Below the pieces are notes generated by a model. The model worked only from the letters and a program-made list of their open reading frames with translations. It did not search any database and was not told the DNA's origin. Below, one piece after another: positions 45,293 to 59,000 of a stretch of DNA of 64,000 nt. Position 1 is the stretch's first letter, and each line of letters begins with the position of its first letter. The DNA comes from Candidatus Termititenax aidoneus (GTDB taxonomy: Bacteria > Margulisbacteria > Termititenacia > Termititenacales > Termititenacaceae). The position numbers and the translations under genes were made by a program. The stretch is taken from positions 25,484 through 89,483 of the forward strand of contig BGZN01000003.1 of the NCBI GenBank assembly GCA_003864455.1, read 5' to 3'.

Positions 45293-48200
45293 ATGATTGT
45301 CTTTAGAAAATTGATCGGACAAAAAGACCGGCTGCTGCCGGGCGGAAGCGGCAAGCCGCCTTTGGCTGCGGTTGGCGCTGCGTACGCCGCCGCTGCTTTG
45401 GTTGTCAGCGGCTGCTCAAGTGAGGCTGAGGATTCCGCCGCGCTTCAAGATGTATTAAAGATTGAAGTTTTTGACAAACTGTCTCTGGAAAAAGCGTGCC
45501 AGATTTCTTTGCAGGGGACTTGGGATACGGTTGTAAACAATGATTCTAAAGTTAACGGCCTATTGGTGAAAATAAATAACGCCGCCGGCCAGCCTGTCTA
45601 TTTCTTTCGGGAAAGCATAAAAATTTTGGCTGAATTTACTGACGCGGATTCCGCTGCCAGAAAAATCGCGCAGGATGTTGTCTCGGAGGGCAGCGCCTAC
45701 TGGCTGCGCAATGCCGCCGGATTGGTTTATGCCGGAGTGTCTGCCGAAGCCAGCCGGGAATTTTTTATCAGAACAAAACGCGGTATAGATATGCTGACCG
45801 AACTGCCGGGCTGCTCCGGTGTTTTTCCGGCTTGGGCGGCGCGGATTGTGTCTGGAGAAATAACTTTAAATCCGGACAAGCCGGGGCCGCAAAATTCCGC
45901 GTCTGACGCTGATCATGACTATGTGATGGCTTTGCTGGCGGCGAGAGCCAACTTGGAAAATAAAATTTGGCATGAGGATACCGAGCTGAATATTCAGTTG
46001 ATTGATGCTTGGCTTGCGGAATTGCTGCCGGCCTTGTACGACGAATACATTGAGCCGGGTAAGGCGAATGGTCTTTATGTGTTGAAGCCTTCGGAAGATT
46101 ATGGCGAGGATATAACCCAGACAAATTATCGGTTGGATTATCTTTCGCCGGAAACCTGCTTTGCGATCGAAAAATATCTGCGTGATACAGATCCCAAGAC
46201 AGCGGATAAATGGCGGACTATCGGGGAAAACAGCATGGAAATATACCTGACTTGTCTGACCCAGCCAGGATTAGGCGTTGTGCCGGCCGAAGCTACATTG
46301 AGCTGGGAGGCTGGAAAATTAAAGATCGACCCCAATGGCACCTGGCAGACTTGGGACGGCATCCGCGCGCCGAGCCGTATTGCCGCCGCTCTCCCGTATC
46401 TGGGCGAGGAATGGCTGAATGCGCATAGGGCTGTTCTGACCGCTTATTTGCAGCGCTGGAATGACGGCTATACGGTAAAAGAATTGGATGCGTCCGCGTA
46501 CTTGTCCCTGGCGGTGCATCTGGGTGAAAATGAAATAGCCAGGACAATCGCGCAGACCTTGGGCGGCGGTTTCAGCGCAAAAGGTGTTTATGCCGAAACG
46601 CATAAATATTTTGAAACATCTTTGATAACTAAAAATTTGCTAGAGCTGTTTTATCCTTATGGATTGAAAGCCAGAATAGAGCCGCAGATAACTCACAATT
46701 CTGCTGAATTGGACAAAGTGAAACAGGGCAGCTTTGTGGTGGATGAGGCGGAAAGGTTTTATCGTAAATTTGGCGACACTGGATATGTTTACAATAATGA
46801 TCCTGTGCCGGTAGATATGGGCAATGGCTATATGATTTCCCTAAAGGAATTTGTGCCGGCAGGTTACGATCTGATCAATAGTGAAAGCTTGGTTTATGGC
46901 CTGATGGATGCGCTGGCTGATTTTGTGCGGAACGATCAGGATATGAAGGCAGCCGATAGGATAAAAAGTTTAATCAATACAATATATTTATTGTGCCAGG
47001 AAAATCATCAAGAAACCAACACGACTTTGCGGCTGCTGCCCTGGGCGGCTATGTCCAATGGCCTGGATTTTCAGATTATTCAGAGGCCAAATGTGCAGAA
47101 TTACGGCAATGCCTCAGCTTCTGATGCCGACCTGCTGCTGATCGCTACTTTAATTAAGATCAAAGAAATAATTAAGGTCAAAGAAAATAGCGCCAGAATC
47201 GGCCTGGATAAAAATATTCTGGATTACTTTATCCATCGATATACGGATAATTTTGTGGAGCGCGTGCTAAAAACTTATAGAGGCGCGGACAAAAAGCTTC
47301 ATTTTATTATGACCGCCGGCGGCTTGGTTACTGTGGATAAAGACCCTTTGACCGGCGAGCCGCTGTACCGAATCAACACTTCATATATCAATTATGGAGC
47401 TATGCAAGTGATCAAACAATATTTTGCCCAGGAGTCCAGAAATGGTATCTGGACGGCAACCGGTTTGGGACAGGGTAGTCTCGCTGATTATTCAAGCTAT
47501 GCCGAGGTTTTTGCCCAATTAGAAAATGACACTAGAGCGTTAATGGCTTTGCTTACTTCAGACGAAAATTTTCCCTTGTCTTTGGGAAAAGATTTTCCTG
47601 AGGTGGTTTATGTGCGCGCTTCAGCGGCGAACGGCTTGGAGGTATTAAAAGAAGACAGCGCTGAAAAGGACGAGAGGTACAAACCGTATCAGCCGCAAAA
47701 GGACAATGTAGCCGGCTGGCGTCTGGCGCTGAATGGGCTGGTCCCGACAGACAGTGTTTGGGGCGAATCTTTTAACTCTGCGTACGACGGCCAAAGATAT
47801 TACCACTACTATCTGAAAAATTTAATAGACAAACTGGATTTTTCCGGCGGCGCGGCGGGAAAACTGGATTTTACAACTACCAGCGCTCGATACAGCTTGA
47901 ATGACACCATATACAATAACGGCTGGCTGGCCGGAATCCAACATCATATTGTCTCCAATATTATTCCGTTGGGACAATTTTCTCTCAGACGCGACGAAAT
48001 GTTTCCAAGTGTGAATTATAAGCCGCCGTTTGCTTACAGAGAAAACGCGGCGCTGCAAAACTGGTATAGCTCGACCTCGCCGGAAAAACTCTATAAATTG
48101 GGGTTGACTGGCTTGAGAGACGGCATGAAATATGCCATTGATCTGAAAAGCGACACCGCGCATATTTATAAAGGCTTTGAAGTTTATCGGACTATGATTT

Positions 48201-49993
48201 TGGCGGGATTAGAGATGCTGCCTGATAATGCTGACGCTGTTTCTTATATTGGCCAGCAGATTTATATGGTGGATAATTATTTAGAGGCTTTGATCAACCG
48301 CGGCTGGGACGACGACCGGATCATCCAGGAGATAAATGTCCTGCTGGCTATCGCCGATCAAAAAGAAGCGAGCTTGCAGCATCCGATAGTAAAAGCGCTG
48401 TGGGGGCACAAGCTCCTGCGTTACGCTTCTTTGCCTCCTTATGAAAGGGAGCTGCTGAAAACGGCGGCTGTGGAATACGGCTGGGCTGAATTGATTGATG
48501 CTAAAACCGGCCAGCCGCCGACAGAAGCTGCTCGGCCTGAGGATATTGTGGTTCAGCCGAAGCCGGACAGTGTTTATGACCGCCTGCAAAATCCGCCCCA
48601 GGATCAGTTTACCTCTACTCGTCTTTGGCTGGATTGGGAAAGCAAGCATCTCGATACGGCGGCAACCAATGGGCGCGGGGAATATGTTTTGACGCTAAAT
48701 GACCTTAAAGATAAAAATAAAAAAGTCTTTTGGGGCATCGGCCTTAATTTGGCTGGAAGCACGCAGCGGCAGAGAGATTTGCTGGCCGAATATGCAGCCA
48801 GAAGGGATGTCTGGAATATAATCCAGGCCAACTCTCCGGCGGAGACCGAGGAACAGATCAAAAAACTGCAAAAAGAGTTGATGGATTATATAAATAAACA
48901 GCCGCAGGAATCCAGAAAAATTTGTTTAAGTCCGCTTATTTTTCCGGCGGATAGGCCTGACCAGCGCGGTGTAAATTTGATCGACAGTTCGATAAATGAA
49001 TATTTTATTCGAGATGTTCTGGAAAATCCAGCCAAGTATGATCTCCATCCAGAGGAAGAAGGAAAACAAGACATTTACGCTGATATATATAAAATGCTCT
49101 GGGAAGCTTATGTGTTAATACAGTACAGAGCGGTAGATGCTCTGCTAAAACAGTTTAGAGAGAATGCCGATTCGATAACTTCTGACAATGCGGCGGCGCT
49201 GAATCATAATTTGGCCAAGCTGCTGTCCGCACTGGATCTGGCCAAACAGACTGGTGTCAGCGGTTTTGAGGCTTTCTTGTTGCCGGACGATAAAGAGTTT
49301 CTAAATCTTTTTGCCTCCAAACAATATAATGTTTTTCTGGATAAGTATTCAGGCCGATTTGTCAGCGCTTTGCGCGGTATTCTCAATAATCTTTACTGGC
49401 CGGCCAGGAATCTGGAGCAGTTGCTGCGTAAAACGCCGTCTGATCTGTCCAGCCCGGCGGCGCAGGCTGAAGCGGAGAGATATGCGGAATTAGCAGGACA
49501 TCAGGAATTGTACCAAAAAATTAAACCGGCTGTGCTTAATCTGATAAACTGGTATAAAGAACTTAACACTAATTGGGCGGAAAATATCGGCCTGCGCGTG
49601 CAGATGCGCGGTATCGAACTGCGCGAAACGTCAGAGCTGGATATTAACGAGGTTGTGGCGGAACTGCATGAACTGCAAAACATGGCGGATATTTACGGCG
49701 AGGATGAGGCCTATGCGCAGTGTAAGCTCATAGAGGCGGAGTTGTGTTTGAAATCTATTTACACAGGGTCTGACGAGTATGGAAATGAGAAAAACGGGTA
49801 TGATTATTATCTAGATATGGTTGAAGATCCTAAGATGTATAAATATTGGTATATTGAAGACTCACTAACAAATATGGGGCCTTTTATAAAAGGGCAATAT
49901 GAGAAAGGCGAAAGAACAGAAACTGGCTCAGATATAGAGCCAAATGGTGTAAGTATTCCTGATCTTCCGCCGCTGTTAGATATCAGCGATTAG
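45293..49993 (+). CDS. Giant lipoprotein B, 1566 aa
   Basis: N-terminal signal with lipobox …AAAALVVSGCSSEAED. It starts 22 bp after gene A. No recognised domain. Confidence 0.8.
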   Translation: MIVFRKLIGQKDRLLPGGSGKPPLAAVGAAYAAAALVVSGCSSEAEDSAALQDVLKIEVFDKLSLEKACQISLQGTWDTVVNNDSKVNGLLVKINNAAGQPVYFFRESIKILAEFTDADSAARKIAQDVVSEGSAYWLRNAAGLVYAGVSAEASREFFIRTKRGIDMLTELPGCSGVFPAWAARIVSGEITLNPDKPGPQNSASDADHDYVMALLAARANLENKIWHEDTELNIQLIDAWLAELLPALYDEYIEPGKANGLYVLKPSEDYGEDITQTNYRLDYLSPETCFAIEKYLRDTDPKTADKWRTIGENSMEIYLTCLTQPGLGVVPAEATLSWEAGKLKIDPNGTWQTWDGIRAPSRIAAALPYLGEEWLNAHRAVLTAYLQRWNDGYTVKELDASAYLSLAVHLGENEIARTIAQTLGGGFSAKGVYAETHKYFETSLITKNLLELFYPYGLKARIEPQITHNSAELDKVKQGSFVVDEAERFYRKFGDTGYVYNNDPVPVDMGNGYMISLKEFVPAGYDLINSESLVYGLMDALADFVRNDQDMKAADRIKSLINTIYLLCQENHQETNTTLRLLPWAAMSNGLDFQIIQRPNVQNYGNASASDADLLLIATLIKIKEIIKVKENSARIGLDKNILDYFIHRYTDNFVERVLKTYRGADKKLHFIMTAGGLVTVDKDPLTGEPLYRINTSYINYGAMQVIKQYFAQESRNGIWTATGLGQGSLADYSSYAEVFAQLENDTRALMALLTSDENFPLSLGKDFPEVVYVRASAANGLEVLKEDSAEKDERYKPYQPQKDNVAGWRLALNGLVPTDSVWGESFNSAYDGQRYYHYYLKNLIDKLDFSGGAAGKLDFTTTSARYSLNDTIYNNGWLAGIQHHIVSNIIPLGQFSLRRDEMFPSVNYKPPFAYRENAALQNWYSSTSPEKLYKLGLTGLRDGMKYAIDLKSDTAHIYKGFEVYRTMILAGLEMLPDNADAVSYIGQQIYMVDNYLEALINRGWDDDRIIQEINVLLAIADQKEASLQHPIVKALWGHKLLRYASLPPYERELLKTAAVEYGWAELIDAKTGQPPTEAARPEDIVVQPKPDSVYDRLQNPPQDQFTSTRLWLDWESKHLDTAATNGRGEYVLTLNDLKDKNKKVFWGIGLNLAGSTQRQRDLLAEYAARRDVWNIIQANSPAETEEQIKKLQKELMDYINKQPQESRKICLSPLIFPADRPDQRGVNLIDSSINEYFIRDVLENPAKYDLHPEEEGKQDIYADIYKMLWEAYVLIQYRAVDALLKQFRENADSITSDNAAALNHNLAKLLSALDLAKQTGVSGFEAFLLPDDKEFLNLFASKQYNVFLDKYSGRFVSALRGILNNLYWPARNLEQLLRKTPSDLSSPAAQAEAERYAELAGHQELYQKIKPAVLNLINWYKELNTNWAENIGLRVQMRGIELRETSELDINEVVAELHELQNMADIYGEDEAYAQCKLIEAELCLKSIYTGSDEYGNEKNGYDYYLDMVEDPKMYKYWYIEDSLTNMGPFIKGQYEKGERTETGSDIEPNGVSIPDLPPLLDISD

Positions 49994-50010
49994 ATTGTTT
50001 GTAAGGAAGT

Positions 50011-53000
50011 GTGATTATGGCAGATGTTGTGCTCAATAATGATGGTTATTTAAGCAGCAGAGAGTACGAGCTTCTTTTACGACGCCAGAAATTGCCGTCT
50101 GCGGATAAAAATGACGCCGGAAATATTAAAGAACTTACGGGCGGATTAAATTATGATGATTTTATTCAAAGTATTTTTGATGAAGCGAAAAATCTTGATT
50201 TAACAAAAAAAAGAGAATCTCTGACGAATTTAAAAGAGATTTGCGGCAATTCTATGGAGAGTAATTCCCGTTATAATGCAGATCAACGAATTTCGCTTTA
50301 CTATGCTTTAATCAGTTGGACTATGCAGAGCGGCGATTATACGCAAGCCAAGAAACTGCTGCACAATCTTAACCCTGATCTCAAAAAGCTTGAAGAATTT
50401 AATAGTGATGTATTTAATACAGAGGCCAACACATACAATCCGCCCCTTACTCTTCTTAAAAATCTAACTATAGGCGTTGATTCTTATTCTGATAAACAAA
50501 TGTGGTTTGTTTCCATGTTAATAGAATTGGCAGAGAAAGGGCAGATTGCCAGCCTAAATGATGATCTGATTAAAATTTTAAATTCTTTGATAAGAGATGC
50601 CACTGGTGATTTAAAGACTTTCTTTCAAAATGCTAAAGAATATTTACGGCTCAAAATTCAAGTTGATTATGTTGCCGCAGACTGGAGAAATTTGTACGCT
50701 AAGACTATCGTAGTTAGAGATAAACAGGACACCTTGGATTTTTTAAACAAATTCTTGCGCGTGAAAGTTTTGACAGAAATTATGACTAATGACCCAGATC
50801 CTAATCGATACTTCACAGAAACAGAAAATATTAACTTGGGTGATTGGAAAAATAGACTTTCAAATGAAGCGCCAAAGGCTATAAGCAATGCCCAGGAACG
50901 TATAAGAATACTTATCGATTATTATTGGGAAACTATAGGGAATCTAAATAGTAATCAGGCGAGAGAAATGAGAGATACTCTGGTAAGAGAACGAGATAAG
51001 AGTTTGGACAATTTGGCTTTGTGGCAGCAGATAAGCGGCGTGTTGACCCAATATTTTATACTTTTGGCTGAAACTTACAAAACGCAAGGGAATTATACAG
51101 CTCTGGCCACTCATCTCGATTGGGCGGAATCCAAAATTTTTCAGCCTCTGGAGAAAGACAAAGACAGAAGAGTTAAATCCCTGCGGGACAAAGAAGGCCA
51201 CTATATGGCTAAATTTATAGATTTTGCCAGAGTAGATGCTGCCTTGCTGCGCGCCAAAGCAGCGCCTACAGACCAAAATATACCCGCTGTCTTAACACAG
51301 GTGCAGACGTTGGAAGGACAATACCAGTCAACGCTTTTGCCGGCGGATAGACAAAGACTGCATTATGCCCGCGCGGATTATTATCAGCTGTGCATCAAGC
51401 AAGCGGAAAAAGCCGGTAATAAAACGCTGGCCAATAGTTATAGAAATGAGCAGTTAGAACGGCTGACCGGTACTGTATTGACTATAAACGAATCGGTTAA
51501 TAACGTCAGCGCTGTTTTAAATACTAGTTATCGAAAAAATACACAGTCCTTGCTTGGCGAGGATAAGAAATTTTTCTTGAATGCCCTTTGCGAAGCGGCG
51601 GAGCTGCATACAGGGCTGAAAAACAAAGCTACAGCTGAAAAATATTATAATGTAATTTTGAGACAGAGCAGTGAGTTGGCTGGTTTGTTAAATTCTTACG
51701 CCAATAAAACAGCGTTTAGTGAATTAGAATCCCGCTTTCTCATCCTTGCTGCGCAATTTATTGTCCCGTCTAAGAACGCAAGGCCTATTTTGGAGAAAAT
51801 TACCGCGGTTTGCCCGCCTAATTCCGACGCCTATATCGGCGCACAAAAAATGCTGGAAGCTTACAAATTCGTTGACCTTTTGGATAGGTTGGAGATATGC
51901 AAAAAAACCGGAGAGTGGCAGAAAGGTCTGGCTGATATTGACGAGGCGTACCAGAAAAAGATTTTTAATGTGCCTGATAATGCGGACGACGACAGAGCAC
52001 GTAAAGAGGAATTAGTTTTCCAAATCGCCGAGTTTCAGGAGCTGCGCGCCGCGGCTGACCGCACTTATTCTCCGGCTGTGTGGATCGGCGATCTGCCGGC
52101 AAAGATAAACGACACGCTGGGGAATACGACGCTGAATGATATTGGCATAGATAACACTCCGCCCAATCAGCAGCGCAGAATGTATCTCGAGTTATCAGCT
52201 TTGAGCCGCCGGAAAGATTACGCCGGTATTTTACGCCTGCTGAATAAATTTTTTGTGAATGATGTTAACTCCAAAATCTCTTTGCGCGGGCTGGATAACA
52301 TAGGAACGCCAAGTGTTAATTATCTGATAGACGGCAACAATAATAAAAATGAAAACGAAACTCCTGAAGAGCAGAATGCCCGCTTCCGCGACAACCTCGC
52401 CTGCGCCTATCTGGAAGCGCTGAATACTTTGCGAACTTCCGAACAGACTGTGCCGGCCAATGTTTTTGCGCCAAGCGATTTGGCCGCGGCGTTCAGCTCT
52501 CGTTTCTCGACAACGCGTTTATTCGGCGTGAATGGACAAGACGGTATTTTGCACAAAAAAGACGAAACTGGCCAGACGGCGGACTGGACAGATACCGAGC
52601 GGCGGATCATGTTTCTCGCCGCGCAGTGTCTTAAAAATTGGCCAAAAGATATTTCCCAAAAAGAAGTTTACGAGGAAATTATCAGGCGTTATCCGCTGCC
52701 GTCGCCGTTGGGCTACACGCCGGTCAATGGAGTTCTGCAGACTTATTATTACAATTCCGACGCCAAGCGCGCCTACTGGGAAGCCCAAGCCGGTCTGGTC
52801 AATTATTACGCTAAACAAAAGAATTTTGACGAGCAAAAAACAGTGTTTGCTAAAATCGAGGCTGAATACAAAAACCGCGTTAATCCGCAAAGCGTTACTA
52901 GTTATGCCGCTGATGCCGCCTATATCAAAAATCTTTATTTCAATGCGCTGTTGATGCAATGCCTGTCCGATCTGGAGCAAGAAAACCGGGCTGCAGCCCT

Positions 53001-56000
53001 GAAAAATCTGCAAACCTGGAAAACGCTGCGAAATGATGTTGATATTTATAAACAATTAACTGACGCCGACCGCGAACGGCATACTTATACTCTGGTGGAA
53101 ATGCTGACCCGTGCGGCTATGCTGTTGGACACGCAGGAAGACCGGCCGCAGGCTGCGCTCGACGAATTGCTGGGGATTTACAGGAACGAAGAATACAATT
53201 TGTCTCGACCACAAACTGCCGCCGCCAAACTCTGCGCCGACATTATCCGCGGCAATGTCGCGGCGCTGGTCGCTGCGAATAAAGAAAAAACTATTGCGCG
53301 TCAGCGTCTGGTCTGGCCTGAAGGACCTGACGGCATTTCTAGAGATTACTTTACGACTGGTTTGGCGGATAATAATTATGAAAAACTAGAGGATAATTAT
53401 AAGGAACTGACGCATAGTTACGAGAAGCGTTTATTTATCTCTTTTCTGCTCAATCAAGCCAAGCTGGGTGATCAACAAGCGTTTAAGCTTTTGCAGGCTT
53501 TGCTGGACAGGGAACAAACCAAAGAAGACGTCGGAGAAGATTTCTTTAAACAGATTGAGCAGCGCTTTGAGTTAGATACGGCGTGGAATTCTCTGGACGC
53601 TGAATACCGCGGCTATCAGCCTGAAAATATCGATGCTGAAAGTATTGCCAAAAAATATCTGGCTTCCTCGTATTCCGCCAACACACGCGACGAAGCGGAA
53701 GATTTGCTCCGCCTGGCTTGGTCAAAAGGCGCTGATCCGCAGAAAGCAATATTGGACGATGGCCAGACCAGAGGTTATGCCGCGCTAATTGTTGAGCCGA
53801 TAGATTTTGCCGACAAACGTGTGCGCGGCGCTTTGGATAATCTGATTTCGTTGTACGCTTACAAGCCTCAAACACGCGATGCCGAACAAAACAAAGGCAA
53901 ACTAGACGCTTTAGTGAAAAGTTTACAGGCCGCTTATGATAGGGCATCTAACGATTTACGCGGCAAAGAATTGTATGTCAAAGCTCTGCTAGCGCAGGCG
54001 GAAACTTATTATCGGCGGAAAAATATGACTGAAAAGGAAAAAGTACTGGAGATAGAAAAAGCGCTGGATATAGTAAAAAGTCTTTTAGCCGAAGAGATTA
54101 GTATTCCCGAAAAAACCGCGCAGTATTATGTTTACTGCGAACAACGCATCCGTCTATCCTTGAGGCAAGCGCAGGACAGCAATAAAACGCCGCTGGAAAT
54201 TGACCGCGCTTTGGAAACTTTGCGTCAGGAGTTCAATTTGATTAGTCCTGACGATTTTCCGACCAATTTGACCGAAAAATTATTAAATTCTTTTATTACA
54301 ATCAACAAACCTGGCCTTACAGATAAAGAGATTGCCGCTGTCCTGACGGATTTGGGCAAGAATTTCGAAGACTGCTTTAAGGATTTTGGCGAAGACCCCA
54401 AAAAAGACATTGAAGCCTGCCGAGAATTTTTTGAGAATATTTGCCAGACCAATTATCAGCGCCGTTTATTTATCAGCATTTTGTGCAGTCTCGCGAATGA
54501 GACATCTGCGGCGCTTGATCCTGATACCGAGAGTGAGCGTGCGGCTCTCATTCAGCATGGCGACAATGATGTCTATGAGCAGGCCGTCGAAGCTCTGCTG
54601 CTGGATAGTGAATATCTGCCTACAGCCCTGGCGCTGGAACTTCTGGGTTCAGAATTTGCGGAGACGATCAAGCCGCGTCTGCGTCTGAACATGGCCTGGC
54701 GTGGACTGACCGGTGAAAATAAGGAATCTGTCGATCATGTGATCTCACCCGATTGGCTGACGGTAGCTGCTGAAGTGGTTGAAGATATTGATATTTTGAC
54801 CGCGGCCAATCCGACGCTAAAAGCCGAATTGCAAGACGAAGTTAATTCTTTGCGTTATTTTGTCCTGATTAAGAGTAAAGATACCGAGAACATCAATACA
54901 GCTTTGCAAGATTATTACCTACCGCGAATTGCAAATGGTATTGCGGACGCGGACGAAAAAACTCTGGTGATTGGCGCTTATGCCTATGATTTGCGTGATT
55001 ACACTGCGGCATTGAGTTATATTGATAAAAATATTCAATATACTGACGAAAGAGACATTCAATCTGACACCGCGCTTGACCCAATACTTTTCTCTATAGT
55101 GGTGGACTGTTGGAGCAAACAAGAGCCAAAGAAGGACATACCCGAAGCCATGGTGCAGCAATACATCAAGGCCATTCAAACCCGGCCAGAACTTTACGCT
55201 AACGACAAAGCCAAGACCGCGCTGGCCAATATCGTCTGCGCTTATGTTGCGCAACAATTGGAAAACGGCAAGGCAGATGCCGCCGGCTGGCTGGACAGCA
55301 TTCTTACTGATTTGGAACACTCCTCGCTGACGCGCTCATATATTGAAAACAGAATAAAAACGCTTCAAGCCAAAGCGCGGATCATACAAAATAAATATAC
55401 AGAAGCGAGCAAACTTTTGCATGAGGTTTTGGAAAAATTTACAAAACCAGCAGAATTGGAAGCCTATAAGGATAAGTTAGAACCGCAGCCTTTTGCTTAT
55501 ATTCACAACGACGCTCTACGGCAACTGGCGCAGGTCAAAGAAGCGCAAGGTGATTATAAAACCGCGCTGGATTTTCTAGATAAATTGCCAGAGACAGAGG
55601 AAAAATATCCCGGCGATGATCCAAAAGAAAAAACCCGGGCCTGGCTTTATGACCGGCTGCAGAGCGCCGGCATCCTAATGAAGCAGGGCAAATATCCGGA
55701 AGCGGAAACCAAATTGCAGACCGTGCGGGAGCAGAATACTCAATTTACAACCGCGGATGACCGCGGCTTGGTTTATTTTAAATTGCTGGATTTGGCGCTG
55801 GCTGAGGCGCGGCAGGCGGAGACTCGGCCAGGATCAGAATTGCGGAGCGCCGCCGAAGGCTGGCTGGCAGACCTGGACGCTCTCGGCCTGCGCCGGCCGG
55901 AAAATATTTTCTTGCGGGAAATCCAGCGCGCGGCCTGCCGCAAACTGCTGTCGTCCGCCGCGCCGGAGACGCTGTACACCGCGGCGAAAAAAGCGCTGGC

Positions 56001-59000
56001 TGCTGTGCCGGCCGGACCGAAACGCGAGGCTTATGCGGATTTGCTGGACGAGCTGCAAGCCTATGCAGATTTAGAGAGCCGGAGTTATTTGCGGCCGGAC
56101 AGCGGCACGAGCATTGCGCCGGCCGAGCTGCCGGAGTATTTTGAACCGGCGGACGGCTTGGCCGCTGAGGAGCATGCGCTGACTCTGCGGACTATTTATC
56201 TCAACAGTCTGCTCACCGCCGGCGACACCGCTGTTTTAACCAAAATAAACGACGATCTAAGCCGGCTCGAGACCGAGCTTGCCAAAACAGACAGCGCCGC
56301 GGACAGTGAAGGCCTGCGGCTGGCTTTGCAAAAATACCGGGCTGAGCTGAATTTATTGAAATACAGTTTTCTAAAAACCCATTTCCAATACGACAAAGAC
56401 GGCAGGGAAATTACCGAGCGTTGGCCTGAGGAAAAAGTGCGCGGCTCTTGGTCAGAGCTGCCGCCGGTTTTTGCCGTTGATTTTGAAAAACGCTTTGCCG
56501 ATTTGCTGCAAACTTCCGGCAGCGACACGCCGCCGTATAATATTTTGGAAGAAAAAACCAGCGAACGGCTGGCTGATTTTGACCAGGCTGAGGACGACGC
56601 TTCTGCAAAACTGGAGTTCTGGGAGTACAAGAAAAAAATTGACGATTTGTTAAATGATCTTGTGGCTTTGGGCGGCAGTTCGCTGGCGGGTGCGCCGGAA
56701 CTGGCGCAGGCGGTCTGCGCCTTGTACGGCTTTGACCCCGCTCTGGCCGAAGCCGAGATTATAGCAAACGGCCAAGAGCCGCGCGGCGGCATTCTGGCCA
56801 TAGTTCGCGCTTTCCGCGCGCAGTTTAAACCGCAGTTTGACGCCGGATTGGATTTCACCGCTGAGGAAAAAGGCTACGGCTATTATTTGCTTTCGCGGCT
56901 TTTGATTAAAGAAGAGAAAGATGTGTCCCGGCTGCTGGAAATCTTGGTGGACGGACATTATTTAGACGGCAAATCCGGCGGCTATTATGCGGAGTCCGGC
57001 GCGCTGCTGATTGATTTTTGGAATAAACAAATCAAGCGCAACAGCGAAAACAAACTGCCGCAGGCAGAATGGAACGCCGTTTTGTGGGATTTGTCTGTAA
57101 GAAAAAAACAGTCCGGCTCAGACTTTCTGCCGGACATTGAGTACACGCCGCGCGGCGGCAATATAGTTTCCAATTACGGCGAAATGAGCTTGACCAAAAA
57201 TTTAGAAAAAAAGATCAAAATTGCGGAAAGAGAGACAGCGCTTGATCTGCCGTCCGGCTTTGCGGAGTGGAAAGAGAAATACAAAGACCGGCTGACTATG
57301 GCTTTGACCGGCAAATACCAATATACCGCCGGCAAAATGCTGCTGGATTATATTGGCGTTTTGATTCGGCGGCGCGCTGAAGAGCAGTTTGTTCCTAAAC
57401 TGGGCGAATTGCAGCAAAAGATCGAGCTGTTGTTTGATTTTGTAGATGATTTTATCAATGCTTTGCCGCCGGACGAGCTGGCCGCCGGCACGTATTATTA
57501 TTATCAGCTCAGAACGGCGGTCCTGAAAACCCAGTATTCCCTGGCGGCTTTGCCTGACGGAGATCAGACAAATGTTTGGAGCGGATATAAAACTGCTTTG
57601 ACTCAAAATTTAAATGAGGTGCGGACTCTTTTGCTGGACAGAAAAGATGTTCTGGATGCTGCCGCGGTTCAGAACGCGGAAAGCGCTTTGCTGCAGTATT
57701 TGTTGACGGTCTGGGACCAGCCGGCCGCTGCCGAAATTGATTCCAGCCAATTGCCGGAAGAAGCTTACTATCTCTATGTGGATTTGTTCTATCGTTTTAT
57801 CGAGGCGCTGTTGATCCAGTATGGGAAATTGAACAAGACCGAAAAAAATCATCTTGATACAGCGATCTCTGTATTTGGAAGCATACTCCAGGAGGAACAC
57901 ACCGGACTGCCTTATCTGAAAAATAATCTTGGCAATGCGGCGAGCCGGCTGACAATCGGGCTGCGTTATTTGTTCGACTGGATCGAGTCCGGTAGTAAAT
58001 CGACCTGGGATACTATTACGACTAACCCAGGGGCTGCCGATGGCGGACAAAAAAACGAAGGTAATACTTCCGATTCCTCAAGCACAATGCAGATACACAC
58101 TTTGGAGCTTCCCCTGTCTTATACGCCGCTTGATTGGCTGACTTTACGCGCCACCGCCGGCGTTAGTTTCTTTAATACTGACTTCAATGAATCGATGACA
58201 CGATTTGAGCGGCGCGAGGGCATGCCGCAGCCATACCCCGACAACGGCGGGCGTCCTCCGCTTAATCTGGAGGAGTTTAAATTCTCTAAATTTGGGCTGG
58301 GCGTGGATTTGGCTACGCCGACCCTGGGCTGGTGGACAGGTTCGTATAGCGCGGATGTGTGGTGGAATCAGACTCCGCAGCTGCGTTCGCCCATTGCCGC
58401 GCAGCGTTACGGCGAGGATGTTTTCTGGAATCAACAGCTGGGGATTAGCGCTTTTGTGGGCAATAAATTTAACCTTGTGCCGAATTCCTTGACCTTCGAT
58501 ATCGATGAGGCGGCTAGCTTTAATCAAACCGCCCGCATCGAAGCTGTTGAGGATTACCGGGGCTACCGAGAAACAAGGGTTTTGGATTCAGTATTCCAAA
58601 ACCGCCTGACCGGACGCTTGAATTTTTCTTTTGGTCAGGGCTGGTCTGCTTACGCTGGCGGCGGCTGGCTGTTTGAGAACGCTCAGGACAGGCGCAGTCT
58701 TTGGGAAGGCAATATTCGTAACGGCTGGCTGGGGGAGCTGGGCTTGTCTTATTACGGCGAGTCGCTGACCTGGGGGCTGGATTTAAATGCCAGCATGCTG
58801 GGACGGGCTTTGAACGCAGGGCTTGGTCTGCGCCTAGAGCCGTTCAGTTGGCGAGGCGTTAGTTTGTTGGCCGGAGTAAGTTATGGTTACTACCCGGAGG
58901 TTACTCTGAGCAGACAAAACACAATTCTGAATAATGGCATGCCGACAGTTACCAAGACGACGGAAACACAGTCTGCACAAAAAAACTGGAAAGGATTTTT